Below, one piece after another: positions 1 through 13,634 of a DNA stretch of 64,000 nucleotides. Position 1 is the first letter of the stretch. Every line of letters begins with the position of its first letter. Made by a program: the position numbers and the translations under genes. The notes under the pieces are model-generated. The model did no database searches, was not told where the DNA came from, and saw nothing but the letters and a program-made list of their open reading frames with translations. The stretch lies in NCBI RefSeq assembly GCF_009914755.1, contig NC_060947.1. One strand, written 5' to 3'. This DNA is from the human T2T-CHM13v2.0 reference genome, Homo sapiens.

Positions 1-111
1 TTCACCAGGTTACTCAGGCTGGTCTTGAACTCCTGGGCTGGGCTCAAGGGTTCAGCCCACCTCAGCCTCTCAAACTGCTGGGATTATAGGTGTGAGCCAC
101 CATGCCCGGCC
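1..111 (-). mobile_element. Alu 5' fragment (old, J-like), cut by the window edge
   Basis: Reverse complement of an Alu start: ...ctgggattataggtgtgagccaccatgcccggcc. Confidence 0.85.
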
Positions 112-541
112 TATTAATCTCTTTTAATTGTTCAAATGAGTTTACTGATTAAAACTGATCATAAGCGGTATTTTTATCACACCCTAAAAGATAGTGTGTG
201 CAAATGGTTGTGCTTTCTCAATATGTAATACTGACACAGATAGAAAAGGAAAAACCAAGAATCTTGAAAGAAGAGAATATATCCTAATTAAGTTAATAAG
301 TTTAAATTAAATGAAATATGTCACTTTTTCTAGCATCAAATTTTTACGGGGGTGCACTCTCACTAAGTTAAGGCATATGCCAATATCAAATCTAGTAATA
401 TTACCTACAGGTTAGAAAAACTGCCACAAATACCAATGTTAAAAATAGCTACATCTATTCACCTTATGCAAGTAATACACAGCATATTTCTTAAACTACA
501 CTTTGTCAAATTCTATTTTAATAAACTTTCTAATTTTCTAC

Positions 542-623
542 CTTTTAAAGAGGCTTTTTTTAACACCTTCATTGCATAGAGCTGCCCAGCATCAGGACCG
601 GTCTTCTTTCTAACAAGAAAAAC
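542..623 (-). CDS. RPS6KA6: RPS6KA6 (RSK4) coding exon 4: VFLVRKKTGPDAGQLYAMKVLKKASLK + 1 nt (kinase subdomains I-II)
   Basis: 82 nt with acceptor ttttctattag|GTT after a T-rich tract and donor AAG|gtagaa. The translation continues exon 3 in frame and contains the AMK catalytic lysine; it matches the recalled RSK4 sequence. Confidence 0.97.
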
Positions 624-751
624 CTAATAGAAAATTGAACAAAAAAAAAAAGGAAAATTCACATTTCTAGTCATTCTTGCTCTACACAAACACACCAGCA
701 TACACTTATATCCTTGCATTTTCTCTAATTTTATAAACATATGCCTTCCCA

Positions 752-900
752 TAGAGGGAAGGGAGAGATAGTGAGAGATTTGTTGAAGGATGCAAAATTA
801 CCCTGATCTGATCCCCATACATTATACGTATTGAAACTTCACTATGTACCCCACGAATATGTACAACTATTTGTCAATTTAAAAAAATAAATGAAAAAAG
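752..900 (+). mobile_element. Old L1 (L1MA-like) 3' end fragment
   Basis: cactatgtaccccacgaatatgtacaactatttgtcaatttaaaaaaataaa resembles an L1 3' terminus. Confidence 0.6.
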
Positions 901-1197
901 TTATACCTTCTCCTATAAATTATTCTATAATTTACATTATTATTTTCTCACTTTTCTTAGATTTAATTTAGTTTTTAATCAAAAAAACTGTTATGATTTA
1001 ATAAATCATAATGCATATAAATACTACTATAGAAAGGAAAATTTTTAAAATAGATGACCTGGTACTGAACTTTGAGAATTTTGTGATGTAAGAGATAAAT
1101 AACATAATGAAAGACAAACTTGAGCTACATACCTCCTTTTAAGACCCAGGCCCACTTTTTGTTACCTTAATAAAGAGCAAACAAATATTATGACCCT

Positions 1198-3872
1198 ATA
1201 TACCTTAATTAAATATGCTTTATTGCTAAAATATGCTAATGATCATCTGAGTCTTCAGTGAGATATAATCTTATTGCTGGTGGAGGGTCTTGCCTCAATG
1301 TTGATGGCTGCTGAGTGATCAGGGTGGTGGCTGCTGAAGGTTAGGGTGGCTGTGGCAATTTCCTAAAATAAGACAATGATGAAGTTTGTTGCACAGATTG
1401 ACTTCCTTTCATGAAATAATTTTCTATAGAATTTGATGGTGTTTGATAGCATTTTATACACAGTAGAATCTCTTTCAAAAGTGAACTCAGTCCTCTCAAA
1501 TCCTACCGCTTTATTAAAGAAGTCTACGTAATATTCTAAAGCCTTTACTGTCATTTCAACAATGTTCATAGCATCTTCACCAGAAGTAGATTTCACCTCA
1601 AAAAAACTATTTTCTTTGCTCATCCACAAGGAGCAACTCCTCATCCATTCAAGTTTTATCATGAGACTGCAGCACTTCCGTCACATCTTTAGTTCCACTT
1701 CTAATTGTCTTGCTATTTCCACCACATTTTCAGTGATTTCCTCCAATGATGTCTTGAGCCCCTCCAAGTCATCCATAAGGGTTGGAATCAACTTCTTCCA
1801 AACTCCTGTTAATGTTGATATTTTGACTTCCTCCCATGAATCACAAATGTTCTTAATGACATCTAGAATAGCAAGTCCTTTCCAGAGGTTTTCAATTTGC
1901 TTTGCCCAGATTCATCAGAGCAATCACCATCTACAGCAACTATAGCCTTACAAAATGTATTTCTTAAATAATAGGGCTTGAAAGTCAAAATTATTCTTTG
2001 TTTCATGGGCTGCAGAATGGATACTGTAATAGCAAGCATGAAAACAACATTAATCTCCTTGTACATCTCTATCAGGGCTCTTGGGTAACTAGGAGTATTG
2101 CCAATGAGCAGTAATATTTTGAGAAATGTCTTTTTTTTTCCCTGAACAGTAGGTCTCAACAGTGGGCTTAAAATACTTAGCACACCATGCTATAAACAGA
2201 TGTGCTGTCATTCAGGCTTTGTTCTATTTATAGAGCATAGGCATAGTAGATTTAACATAATTTTTAAAGGCCCTAGAATTTTTGGAATGGCAAATGAGCA
2301 TTGGCTTCAACTTAAAAGTTCCAGGATCACTAGCTTCTATCAAGAGAGTCAGCCTGTCCTTCCAAGCTATGAAGCTAGGCGCTGACTTCGCTCTAGCTAT
2401 GAAAGGCTAGATGGCATCTTCTTCCAACAGAAGGCTGTTTCTTCTACAATTAAAACCTGTTGCTTAGTGTAACCACCTTCAAGAGTTACTTTAGCTAGAT
2501 CTTCTGACTAACCTGCTACAGCTTTTACATCAGCATCTGTAGCATTACCTTACACTTTTATGTTACGAAAATGGCTTCTTTCCTTTTTCTCTTCATGAGC
2601 CAACCCCTGCTGGCTTCAAACTTTTCTTGTGCAGCTTCCTCACCTCTCTCAGCCTTCACAGAATTAAAGAGAGCTAGGGAATTGCTCTAGATTAGGCTTT
2701 GGCTAGAGGGAGTGTTGTGGCTGCTTTGATCTTCTATTTAGACCACTAAAACTTTCTCCATATCAGTAATAAGGCTGTTTCACTTTCTTCTTATTTATAT
2801 GTTCACTGGAGTAGCAATTTTAATTTCTTTCAAGAACATTCCTTTGCATTCACAACTTGGCTGTTTGGCACAAGAACCTTAGCTTTTAGCCTACCTCAGA
2901 TTTTGACATGCCTTCCTCACCAAGCTTAATAATTTGTAGCTTTTGATTTAAAGTGACAAATGCAGAACACTTCCTTTCCCTTGAACACTCCAAGGCCACT
3001 ATAGAGTTATTACTTAGACCAATTTCAATATTCTTGCAGGTCAGGGAATAGAGGGGCCCAAGGAGACAGAGAGAGATGGGGAAACAGCTGGTCAGTAAAA
3101 TAGCCAGAACACACACACCAGTTATCAATGAAGCTCACTGTCTTATGTGTGCGTGGTTCATGGCACCCCGAAACAATGACAACACTAACATCAAAGATCA
3201 CAGACCACAAAGAACCATAACAGATATAACAGTAAGGAAAACATTTGAAACACTGCAAGAATTACCAAAATATGAGACACGGACTATATAGAGAATATAT
3301 AGAGAGGATATATATAGGATATATATATAGAGAGGATATATATAGGATATATATATATAGAGGATATATATAGGATATATATATATAGAGGATATATATA
3401 GGATATATAGAGAGGATATATATAGGATATATATATAGAGGATATATATAGGATATATATATAGAGGATATATATAGGATATATATATAGAGGATATATA
3501 TAGAGAGGATATATAGAGAGAGGATATATAGAGAGGATATATATATAGAGGATAGATATATAGAGGATAGATATATAGAGGATAGATATATAGAGGATAG
3601 ATATATATAGATATATATAGGATATATATAGATATATAGGATATATAGATATATATAGGATATATAGATATATATATAGCTATATAGGATATATAGAGAT
3701 ATAGATATATAGGATATATATAGATATAGATATATAGGATATATATAGATATATATATATACACACACACATATACATATATATACACACATACATATCT
3801 GTGAAGCGCAATGAAGTGAAGGATATCTGTGAAGTGCAATGAAGGGAAGCATAATAAAAATAAGTATAGCTG
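1198..3872 (-). mobile_element. Tigger1 (TcMar-Tigger) DNA transposon, decayed, interrupted by a TA-rich array
   Basis: Minus-strand ORF pieces resemble Tigger1 transposase ([30 protein letters not shown]...; LQIIKLGEEGMSKSEVG). A 5' TIR-like cagctatacttatttttatt...cttcacagata lies at 3797-3872. The ORF is broken by frameshifts and stops. Confidence 0.9.
3286..3797. repeat. Compound TA-rich tandem array of (GAG)GATATATATA-type units ending in (TA)n(CA)n
   Basis: Directly visible; it is the source of the YIY/ISS ORFs at 3198-3908. Confidence 0.97.
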
Positions 3873-3889
3873 CATCAAGAAAATGACGT

Positions 3890-4476
3890 CAATGTGGCAA
3901 ATATACATTTGCCTAAATTCAATTATTTGCTGGAAAGCTCAGATTCTACCATTGACAAAAAGAGTATCAGTTGTTTTTCTATGAACAGGCTCACTCCATT
4001 CATTTTTGAGAAAACACCTACGAAATAAGCATATTTAGGTAACCATAGTTTATTGTCCTTTCAAGGAAAAGTGGTGATCCATAAAAACAGTGGTTGGTTC
4101 AGCTCACAACTCAAAAAATTTGCACAAGTCCTCTGCCTTGAGACAACCATTCTATTTTGTTACGTGGCTAAGGGGCTTCACATGTACTTCCTATTTCATC
4201 GCATATTATTCAAAAGAAGGGTATTCAAGGATTGAGATTTAATAAATGTAATAATTGTTAATGTCTCATCAAGGACATTCTTAAACTGCATATGTAATAA
4301 AATGAAGACTACAATGACTACTGGTACCATTTGAAGTCACTGCCTTGATTGGCCAACATGCCAGCAGTTGTACAAACAATATCTTAGGATGACTGTGAAG
4401 TAGTTTTGACTTGAGGACTCCCTGAAAAGTCTTGGGATTGTCCAGGGGTACGGAGACCACAATTTCAGAACCACTC
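3890..4476. mobile_element. hAT-Charlie (Charlie1-like) DNA transposon fragment
   Basis: The interior resembles recalled Charlie1 sequence, and it ends in a Charlie-type terminus ggagaccacaatttcagaaccactc. Confidence 0.5.
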
Positions 4477-4807
4477 TTACAAAACATAGCCCTTAGTGGG
4501 ATTGTAAAGAACGGAATATGAAGAGTGAGAAGAGGCAAGCAAGGAAGAAAGAAAGAGTCTAGGCTTTCTGAAGACACTGTTGCATAAAGGAGCCACTTTT
4601 TTCCCCTAGTTCTTCTAATATTCAGTAGTATCCCAATATGGCATTTAATAGGATCCATCATTCGCAGTCTAGAGAAGTAACCTGTTTAACACCTGATCTG
4701 TTTTTTCTTTTTTTTCAGGTCTTATGAGTGACTTTCCTAGCATGAGAAAATATCGTATCTCACTGCCCCCTTCCCAAAATCAACTACAAAAGTAGTTCTT
4801 TTTCCAT

Positions 4808-5373
4808 CCCATTCTTGTCTATTGCCTAACATTTCTCAACCTTCCCAAGGCTATGTTTATTGATTTTTACTATTATAATGTCCTTCTTTGTCATCTGAAA
4901 CTCTCCCTCCTCCTTCCACCTCACTTTCTTCAGGTTCTGCACCATTCCAAAAGCTTGACAGTAGTAACAACCTAACTTGAAATAAGGTGACAATGTACTT
5001 ATCTGTGATCTATTTCTTTTTTCCTAAATCATCCTTGAAAAATTTCCCTATCCTGGTATAATAAAGTTGTGCTATATCACCTTATCTTCCCATATATGTA
5101 CTCATTAGTTATTCAATCAACAAATTAACAGTCATTAAGCACATATTCTGTATCAGACACTGTGCTGGACACTGGGGGATACAGAAATAAACTGTGAACT
5201 TGAGGACAGAGAAATTTGTCAGAAACATCATGCCCTTTAAAGAAATAGATACAAGTACGCCATGGACTAAATTATGTCCCCTCAAAGTTAATATGTTAAA
5301 GTCCTAACTCCCAGTACCTTGGAACATGACTGTATTTGAGGATAGGGTGCTTAAAGAAATAATTAAAGTAAAA
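4808..5373 (+). repeat. Copy A of a ~570-bp local direct duplication (partner 11716-12288); ends in a truncated MLT1 LTR start (5258-5373)
   Basis: Co-linear match to copy B from cccattcttgtctattgcctaa to taattaa(a/g)gtaaaa, roughly 85% identical by eye. Confidence 0.95.
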
Positions 5374-7455
5374 AAGTTGTTGCATGGCTTCAAACTAGTG
5401 GACCTAAAAACGTATCTATATTGATAAGAGGCTTCTTTTCAGTCACCCTAATCCAATCATGGGAAATTGTCCAAAAGAATGGGTGAGTTACTCCAATATA
5501 ATTTTCTCTCAATCACATGGACGTTTATATTTTCCTATAAGAATATTCAGTAACTGCAGTGAACTAGAAGATCACACATATTTAAATGCTGTTTGAAGAG
5601 AAAGAACCAACTTCAGGAAATTTTAAGATGTAAGCATATGTTTTTAAAAACTATCACTTGAGAGTTGATCACTTATTTAAGAGTACAAGTATTCGATATT
5701 TTCAAAAATTCATTTTTAAGTCCTGTACTTAAAGTCTTTACTATCACAAAAGCAAAAGTATTTTTTTATAATCCACAAATATTAAAATGTATGTTTTATA
5801 TAAATATTATTTGGCACATGATATATAAGGACGACTAATCAGACAATTTCAAAGGTATTTTCATGTGTTTGTGTTTTAAAATAATTAATGTAAGTTGTTT
5901 AGTATACCTTTCAACCCATACATTAATGATCATTAATAGCATTATACTTGGTGTGCTTAGGACAGAATTGTATATGCACCTTTCATGATAATAATGCATG
6001 CTTCCTTAAACTACAATTTTAAGTTGACTTTAGCAGGGTTCCCCCACTGTTAAATAGACAATAAAAACATTTAATGTTATAAGGCTTTATATGGGCTAAA
6101 ATCCCATTTACTGCATTTTAACAATGGAACTTTTGAAGAAAAACTTAAGACTCTGCAGCTCAAAGTCTCTTGGAATTGCTCCTACACTTATCTGATTCAC
6201 AGCCTTGGCCAAATTCCTGAATAGGTTCAGCATATAACAAGTCACACCTACACAATGCCTCCGCAAATGATGTAACACTGACAAGCAAGTATGTTCATAT
6301 CCTAGGGGGAAAAAAAAGCCACCTCCTTAATATTTCTTTGGTTGATGAACTACATAAAGATCACTATTTTGTACTTTAATATTAGGAATTAAAAGGTTTC
6401 AATGATATTCTTCTTAAAACTAAATCCCAGCACAGACAAAGCTAAGATTTCCCTGAATTTAAGCACTACATTGACAACTTTTCATCATGTTGCTATATTT
6501 AACATGATGTTATTGAATATATTTCATTATGTTATACAGTATTTTCTTTAAGAAAACCCATGAGAGAAATTTCTCTGGTCTGTTTAATCCGTTTCCACCT
6601 TTAAAATACTGTCAATTATAATACACTCAAATATATTAGCTTCTTTATAATGGCTGCTAGAAAACTTAAGTCTAATTTTTGACCTACTAGAAAAGGACTT
6701 ACAGACCCTTATGTCATGCTTTTGTGAACAGAGTGTACTCCTGGCTTCATCTAATCTTTCCTGCTCTGAGCTTTCTGTTTCCATCATCTTCACTACTTAT
6801 TTTTAATTTTATTTAATATTCATCTATGAAAGCCTTAAATCCTTTCTGGAACAAAGCTGAAGATAAACAAAAGCATATATGAGTAAATACATACATCAAA
6901 AGACAAAGCAGGTAATTTTAATAGCTTGAAATGTTTGCCTGGTGAGATTTTATTTAAGTCAAATATTTAAGCATTTATACATCTGGAATATAAAATAACT
7001 TCATCTCTGTTCTTCTAAAATTAACACCATAAAAATAGCTATAAAGTGCAAAATAGCTAAAAGAATATTACACTTTTAGAAACTTTAAAATAAAGTTGTA
7101 TATAATATACATGCCTACTCTACAGATCAGTTCTATAAACATTCCCCACCAACTTCATCACCACCACCACCACCACCACCACCAATCTATTAACAGTTCC
7201 TTCTAGTTTTTCTCTCCTCAGAACACTGTTCAAGTCCTATCTCCCTGTCTTATATATCTCCTGTACCAATTCACTGCCAAGCCATAATTCATCTCAGTTT
7301 GTCTTTTTTGTGTCCTGAAAATGTTTCTTTATATTTCACGTTATATTCTATAATGCATAAATATCAGGTTACTTTAAGATGACATCTATTTTATAGTCAC
7401 TAATACTGCTTATACATTGTTGTGAACACACTGAGCGTTCAATAAATGTCTTTCC

Positions 7456-7722
7456 TTGGGAGGCTAACGTGGGAAGATCACTTAAGGCTAGGAGTTCGAG
7501 ACCAGCCTGAGCAACACAGCAAAACCTTGTGTCCAGAAATTTTTTTTTTTAATTAGCTGGGTGTGGTGGTGCACACCTGTAGTATCAGCTCCTTGAGAAG
7601 CTGGGGATGAAGGATCACTTGAGCCCAGGAGATCAAGGCTACAGTGAACTACAATCATGCCACTGCACTACAGCCTGGGTGACAGAGCAAGACCCCATTT
7701 CTAAAACCCAATAAAATAAAAA
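7456..7722 (+). mobile_element. AluJ-like element, 5'-truncated
   Basis: ttgggaggctaacgtgggaagatcactt...cagcctgggtgacagagcaagacc followed by an A-rich tail. Confidence 0.85.
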
Positions 7723-8574
7723 TGTCTTTATTTTAAAATGTTCCAGAGCACTATAAATAACCTATGCTCAATTGCCTTATTTTTCCCCTTTAAAACTAAA
7801 TCTCAGCCACTTGAAATTAGTAGTTTCTCTTTATCTTTCTCCCCTTAAATTGCGGTTTTTCTAAATTGCTGTTTTTCTAAAGGCTGTTACTATGTGTATG
7901 CAATAATTTTCATGTATTAGATGTTAGGTATATAAAGGTCAGGAACCAGACCTATACACTTCTTTTCTAAAACCATGTTATTAAGTGCTTAATAAACAAC
8001 TTTAGTAACGACTATAATAGTTATTCTTACTCAATTTTGCTTTCTGCCTTGAAATGTAAGCTCTCTGAAGACTTAAATAAACCACATATCACCCAGTAAC
8101 TACCCTTGTTCTACTTTACACACCCTTGTTCTACTTTAACAGATGACAGACGAATTCATACATGAATTAAGACATAAATTCTGATTTCTGTGTCATAGCT
8201 AACAAATGTAGATTAAATCACCAGGAGAAAACAAGCTGTATTCATGCCAGCATGGGAACAAGGAGATAGGAATACCATTTTTTACAAAAATCAAGCTACT
8301 TTGATTTAGGCAGCTAATAAAGAGTATGCTATATTTTTCCCTCAAGAAATCAGTAAGCCTAGGGAATTGGAAAACCTTGATTGTTACAGAGAAGTACAAA
8401 GAAATGGTAATAAAAGTACAACAGAAATGAAAGGAATAAAATTAAAGAATTACCTTTGTGAGCATCCGTTCAGAAGTTTAGAAACGACTCATTAATCAGA
8501 TTTCTACGTATGTGTTCACTTTTTTTGCTAAATGTTTAGAAGAGGAACAAATGGGGAAAAAAATTATTCATTAC

Positions 8575-8691
8575 CTTTCCAAATGACCCCTGACCAAGAA
8601 CCTTGAGCAACTCAAACTGTGCAGGATCTGCTTTCTCATAGCCTTCCTTAACATGATGAGTAATAGGGATTTCTTTAACAACTCCTTCATC
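8575..8691 (-). CDS. RPS6KA6: RPS6KA6 coding exon 3: [39 protein letters not shown]
   Basis: 117 nt, phase 0/0, with acceptor tttttacag|GAT and donor AAG|gtaatg. It ends in the kinase Gly-rich loop GQGSFG typical of RSKs. Confidence 0.98.
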
Positions 8692-10724
8692 CTGTAAAAA
8701 GAAATCCAAACAATACTTGAATCCATTTTCAACATCTTCTGATTAGTTCCATTTAAAATCAGAAGTCATAATAGAAATACCCAACTCCCTCAATGTAGCA
8801 GAGAGTTTTATGGGCTACCAGTATCCTTATTTCCCTGTTTTCTAACACATACAGCACACACAGATGCACCACCACCACCTTCCCTACTACATAATTTCAT
8901 GTAAATAAAATGTAAAAAGAAATCTATGCTTCAGCCTTCCCTTCCAGCTTGGTAGCAATATAATAAAATTGTTAACAACAGTCTCAAGACCCTTCAATGG
9001 ACTGTGATTAATGAGGTAGAGGCAGAAAAAGTCAAAATAAAACCTTGTAAATTGTGGGGCATGACCAAAAAACGTGACCTCAAGAGCTTTTTTAAATAGT
9101 ATTTCACTATACTATTTTAAATGTTTAAATGGCCAACTAACCACATCAATGAAAAAGAAACTGGCAAAGACCAACAAAATCTGCAGAGCCCCAACAAATG
9201 TTTCCAGGCTATGGCCCGTTTACTGAAATTTTATACATAAATTATATGCCAGATTTCGTACCACCTGGGTGAAGCAGAAAGAAAGCCACCCAGTGAGTGG
9301 TTCTTCCCCTTGATGCAGGACTCCACTCAGCTGTGATGACTACATTCAAGTGAGCTGTAATTAATACTAGTCCCTACAGAAGCACAATAGCTAGGATGAC
9401 AGACGTATATCACAAAATAACAGAGTTGGAAGGGATATCTTATCCAACTCTCTGACTGTATAAAGAAGAAAACTAAGACCCACAGAATTTAACTTTACAT
9501 GACTACTTAATCACAATGTCTATAAATCTTGGTAGCATTCCATTATAGCATACTAATTTTAGCCTGGATGCCAAGAATGTTCTCAATCTATTCACTCTTC
9601 AATTAACTGATTAGTCAATGGTGATTGAAGCCAAAGTGAACAAGAGTATGGTCCCAAATGAGCTAGACTTCATAGCAGCTAAAATAACTTCCATGGAATA
9701 TAGGTAGTCAGGCATTCACTATCTCAAGGGGGGTACCTAGGCAAAGAAATTTTAATTGTAGGTGTTAGGAACTACCAGCAAATCAACAAGAAATGAAGAA
9801 TAACTGATTTTGAAAGTATATCAGATGTTTCTTATACATCAAAATAGTATTTCACCAGACCCTTTTAAATAGTGATGGTAATTTATAAATGTTTACTGAA
9901 AATAAAAATTAAATTAAAATCAATCGGCTATGGAAGTGAATTTCCCTATTTGAAAGAGGTCCTTTTTTAAAAAAGTAAACAACCTTTTTTAATGCAAATA
10001 TAGATGCTTTGTAGCTGACATTTGGGGACTATATTAAAGTATAATATATCTGTATGCACCTATAAGCTAAGAAACCTTGGCTAAATCACAAATCACTCTC
10101 TCCTTCAGTTTTCTCACATGACAAAGGGGTTTTGTTAGATGGGTCTCTAAGGTCCCCTCAATGTCTGTGATTCTATACTGAACACAATATAATATTTTTA
10201 TGTTCAAGAAGGTACTTCAGGTCCCTGCTTATGTTTAGATTATCACTATAAGTATTGGCATCAGTTTTTTTAGAAGTGTTCAGAGTTAGGAAACAAATTG
10301 TACTATAGTTAGTTTCACCAAACCTAAGCAGGTTTTCCAAATGAAAATGTTTGTCCAATGCCCTTTTAACTTTTATTAATAATGCTCACATGCCCATCCT
10401 CTAAAATGCAATGTCTTTCAATTTTCAGCAGCAGTACTCTAAAAAGCTCCCAATATGAAAATGCAACTAGATGAGAAAAATCACTTTTCCCAGGAGACAG
10501 CCAATGTAAAATGTTACACTGTGTCCGAACAACTAATTACCATGTCTTTCTTTCCCACTGGACTGTGGGCTTCTTAAATGCAGGTATTACACCACATTGA
10601 TCTCTTTATTCCTAATGCTTAGCACAATACTTTTTTGATCTCATGAGAGCAGAAAGACAAAGAAATCTGCTCAATATTATAAAAGAAACAGGAAAAAATA
10701 TATACTTTTTAAAATGAAGACAGT

Positions 10725-10865
10725 GCTTACCACCAAAAAATAGGGCAACTGTGAGATGATGGATGTTAATTTGCTTAACAATCATAATAATTTTACAATG
10801 TATATGAAAACATCCCATTGTACACCTTAAATATATACAATAGAAAATAAAGATTTTAAAGGTAA
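10725..10865 (+). mobile_element. Old L1 (L1MA/MB) 3' end fragment
   Basis: actgtgagatgatggatgttaatttgctt...ttgtacaccttaaatatatacaat. Confidence 0.6.
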
Positions 10866-11299
10866 AATTAAACAATAAGAAATCTCAAAATTATTCTTAA
10901 ATATAGTCTACAAAACAAAAAATATATATACCCACGATTTCTTTTTTTAAATATATAAAGGAAATAAGGAAACAGGAGATTCATTCTGGCTAATGAAATT
11001 GTGTCAGCTTTGAATATAACCAACTTTGTGATAACAATATTTCTAAATAAAATAAGCATATCTTCCCATACACTGTGAAGAATATAAACTTCTTCCATAT
11101 TATCCATTGTCAGTATTTTTATTACACTGTGCTGAGTATGTGTTGTACTCAACACAAATAAAGGACACAATAACCCCTGAATATTAACCTAATGCTTAGC
11201 CATTTGCCTTTTTAAATAAAGACATATGTTCCTAGGCCAACAACTACCACATATTATATCACCAAATTATGACTACTGTGCCTTTACACAGACAATTTG

Positions 11300-11470
11300 T
11301 AATGCCCTGGTTGCCCATAAGAATCACCTGTAGAAGAAATATTTATTTACTGCACTTGTTTGGGTCCCACCCTCAGAGATTGTGGTTCAGTAGAACTACA
11401 GGAAAACGTAAGCATGTGTATTTTTTAAGCCTCCCCAGTTGATTCGGACACATGGCCAGGATTGAAAAAC
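11300..11470. mobile_element. MER5A-like hAT-Charlie MITE
   Basis: agaatcacctg...gggtcccacctcagagattgtggttcagtag...gcctccccagttgattc. Confidence 0.55.
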
Positions 11471-11715
11471 AATATTTGGGTGCTTCTAAGATTTATAGTT
11501 ATACAGATACATAATAGATATACACACAAATACATACACATATGTGCATACATGCGTGCACACACATATACACATGTGTGTATGTGTTTATATATAGCTA
11601 CTTAACACTTTTATCATTTCTACGCCACTAGCTCTTTTTTACTCTCAAAGTATGTGATACCCTCCTGTGTCACCATTTCCAATACTTATTCTGTCTTATT
11701 CTATCTGCTCCCTGC

Positions 11716-12288
11716 CCCATTCTTGTCTATTGCCTAAAATTTCTCAGCCATCCCAAGGCTATGTTTATTGATTTTTACTATTATAATGTCCCTTTTTGTC
11801 AACTGAAACCCTCTTTCTTCCCTCCACCTCCCTGTCTTCAGGTTCTGCACCATTTCAAAAGCTTGATAGTAGCAGCAATCTAGCCTGAAATAGGTGGTAA
11901 TGTACTTATAAGTGATATATTTCTTTTTTCCTGAGAGTAAATCATCCTTAAAAAAATTCCCTATCCTGGTATGATAAAGTTGTGCTATATCACCTTATCT
12001 TCCCATATATGCACTCTTATTATTCACCCAGCAAATCAACATTCATTAAGCACATATCCTATTATCAGACACTGTGCTGCACACTGGGGATACAGAAATA
12101 AACTGTGAATTTGAGGATAGAGAACTTTGTCAGAAACATCACATCCGTCAAAGAAACAAAAAGCTACAAGTATGCTATGGGCTAAATTATGTCCCCTAAC
12201 AGTTAATATGTTAAAGTCCTAACTCCCAGTACCTCAGAACATGACTGTATTTAGGGATAGGGCCCTTAAAGAAGTAATTAAGGTAAAA
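11716..12288 (+). repeat. Copy B of the ~570-bp direct duplication (partner 4808-5373)
   Basis: Matches copy A and continues into an intact MLT1 LTR. Confidence 0.95.
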
Positions 12289-12558
12289 TGAGGCCATATG
12301 GGTGGGTTCTAATTCAATATGACTGACATCCTTATTTGAGGAGGAAATTAGAATACCTACACCTACAGAGGAATGACCACGTAAAGGCACAAGGAGAAGA
12401 CTCATCTATAAGCTAAGGAAAGAGGATTCAGAAAAACCAACCCTGCCAACACCTTGATCTCAATCTTATAGAATGCAGCATCTTGGGAAAATAAATTTCT
12501 GCTGTTTAAGCCACCCATCTGTGGTTATTTGGTTAGGGTAGCCCTAGCAAACTACACA
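12173..12558 (+). mobile_element. MaLR solo LTR (MLT1 family)
   Basis: TG...CA termini: tgctatgggctaaattatgtcccc ... aataaatttctgctgtttaagccaccc...ctagcaaactacaca. Confidence 0.85.
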
Positions 12559-13634
12559 TGGTACATAATCTTAGCTGATCTTTGAAAATAATGTTGCTAC
12601 TGTGAAATGAAGATTTAATAACCTCTAAATAAGGACCCCTAGTCTTTCTACATCAAATAAAAAATCTGAATCTGAGGCCAGGATGACTATTAATTAGGTT
12701 TTATTATTTTTTTGCGACCATAAAGTAATCAGTGATATACAGAAAAAGTATGAAGGCTCAACCACAACCAAAATAGTATGTTCTGACCTCTATAATCTGT
12801 GATCATCTTTTTAATCCAGAGGGCCAACAGTGCTGTAACACTGGGAAAACACACTGTTAAAGTACAAAATGAACTGTCAAATCTACTATTGCTCCATTCA
12901 TTTGATAACTGATTTGTTTAGGAAGATGGAATCACCTGTTAATTGAAAAGAGAAAAAGCTGATGACAACCTAATAGCAATATACTATTATAACTCAATTA
13001 CAGCAGTTTTCATATGACTGTGGAACTAACCTCCAGAAAACAAATCAAAACAAAAGAAGTATTTTTAAAGCCTGAACTTGTTCATTTTTATTTAATAATA
13101 AAACATTCATCTATTCAAACATCAGCTTTATTTGTAGGTACACAGGCCAGCTTGGTGAAAAGATCACCCTAAAAATCCAAGAATCATTTAGTTGTGGATT
13201 TGCTGAAACATATATGCAAAGACCCAGAAGAGCAGCTCGATATACCCTTCTCATTCAGTGAATAATATGGGGTCATTGAAAACCATGTCAAATATTAGTG
13301 TACTTTGAAAGAAAGCTAAGCGTAATACCAATATAAATGCCAAAATGCCATGAGGGTGAACTAAGCACATCAAAATTATGTACACAATGGAAGGTATCTG
13401 CAGAACACTTAGTTTTGTAAAAGTCTGCATTATGACTGAAAACCAAAGAATGCCGGCAAACTAGTTCCCACTTGGTTTGGTTTATTCTACTTACGAGGGT
13501 CAGCTCCTTAGTTCCCTCATCTACAAATTGGCAGTAATACTTACTCTATTTCAGATCTCAGTTATAAGGATCAACTGAGAACTTTGAAAACCACAAAACA
13601 TCCATAAAAATTGAAGTTACTGAACTTATTTGTA

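Noticed and set aside
1363-3258. Transposase-like ORFs as a domesticated TIGD-type gene
   Set aside because: They are split across frames with stops, as expected for a decayed Tigger1 fossil.
3198-3908. 236-aa and 196-aa Tyr/Ile-rich ORFs
   Set aside because: They are translations of the TA-rich tandem array, not genes.
8102-8138. 17-bp tandem duplication acccttgttctacttta, and the low-complexity actactgagt repeats at ~28500-28560
   Set aside because: These are ordinary slippage products with no further structure.
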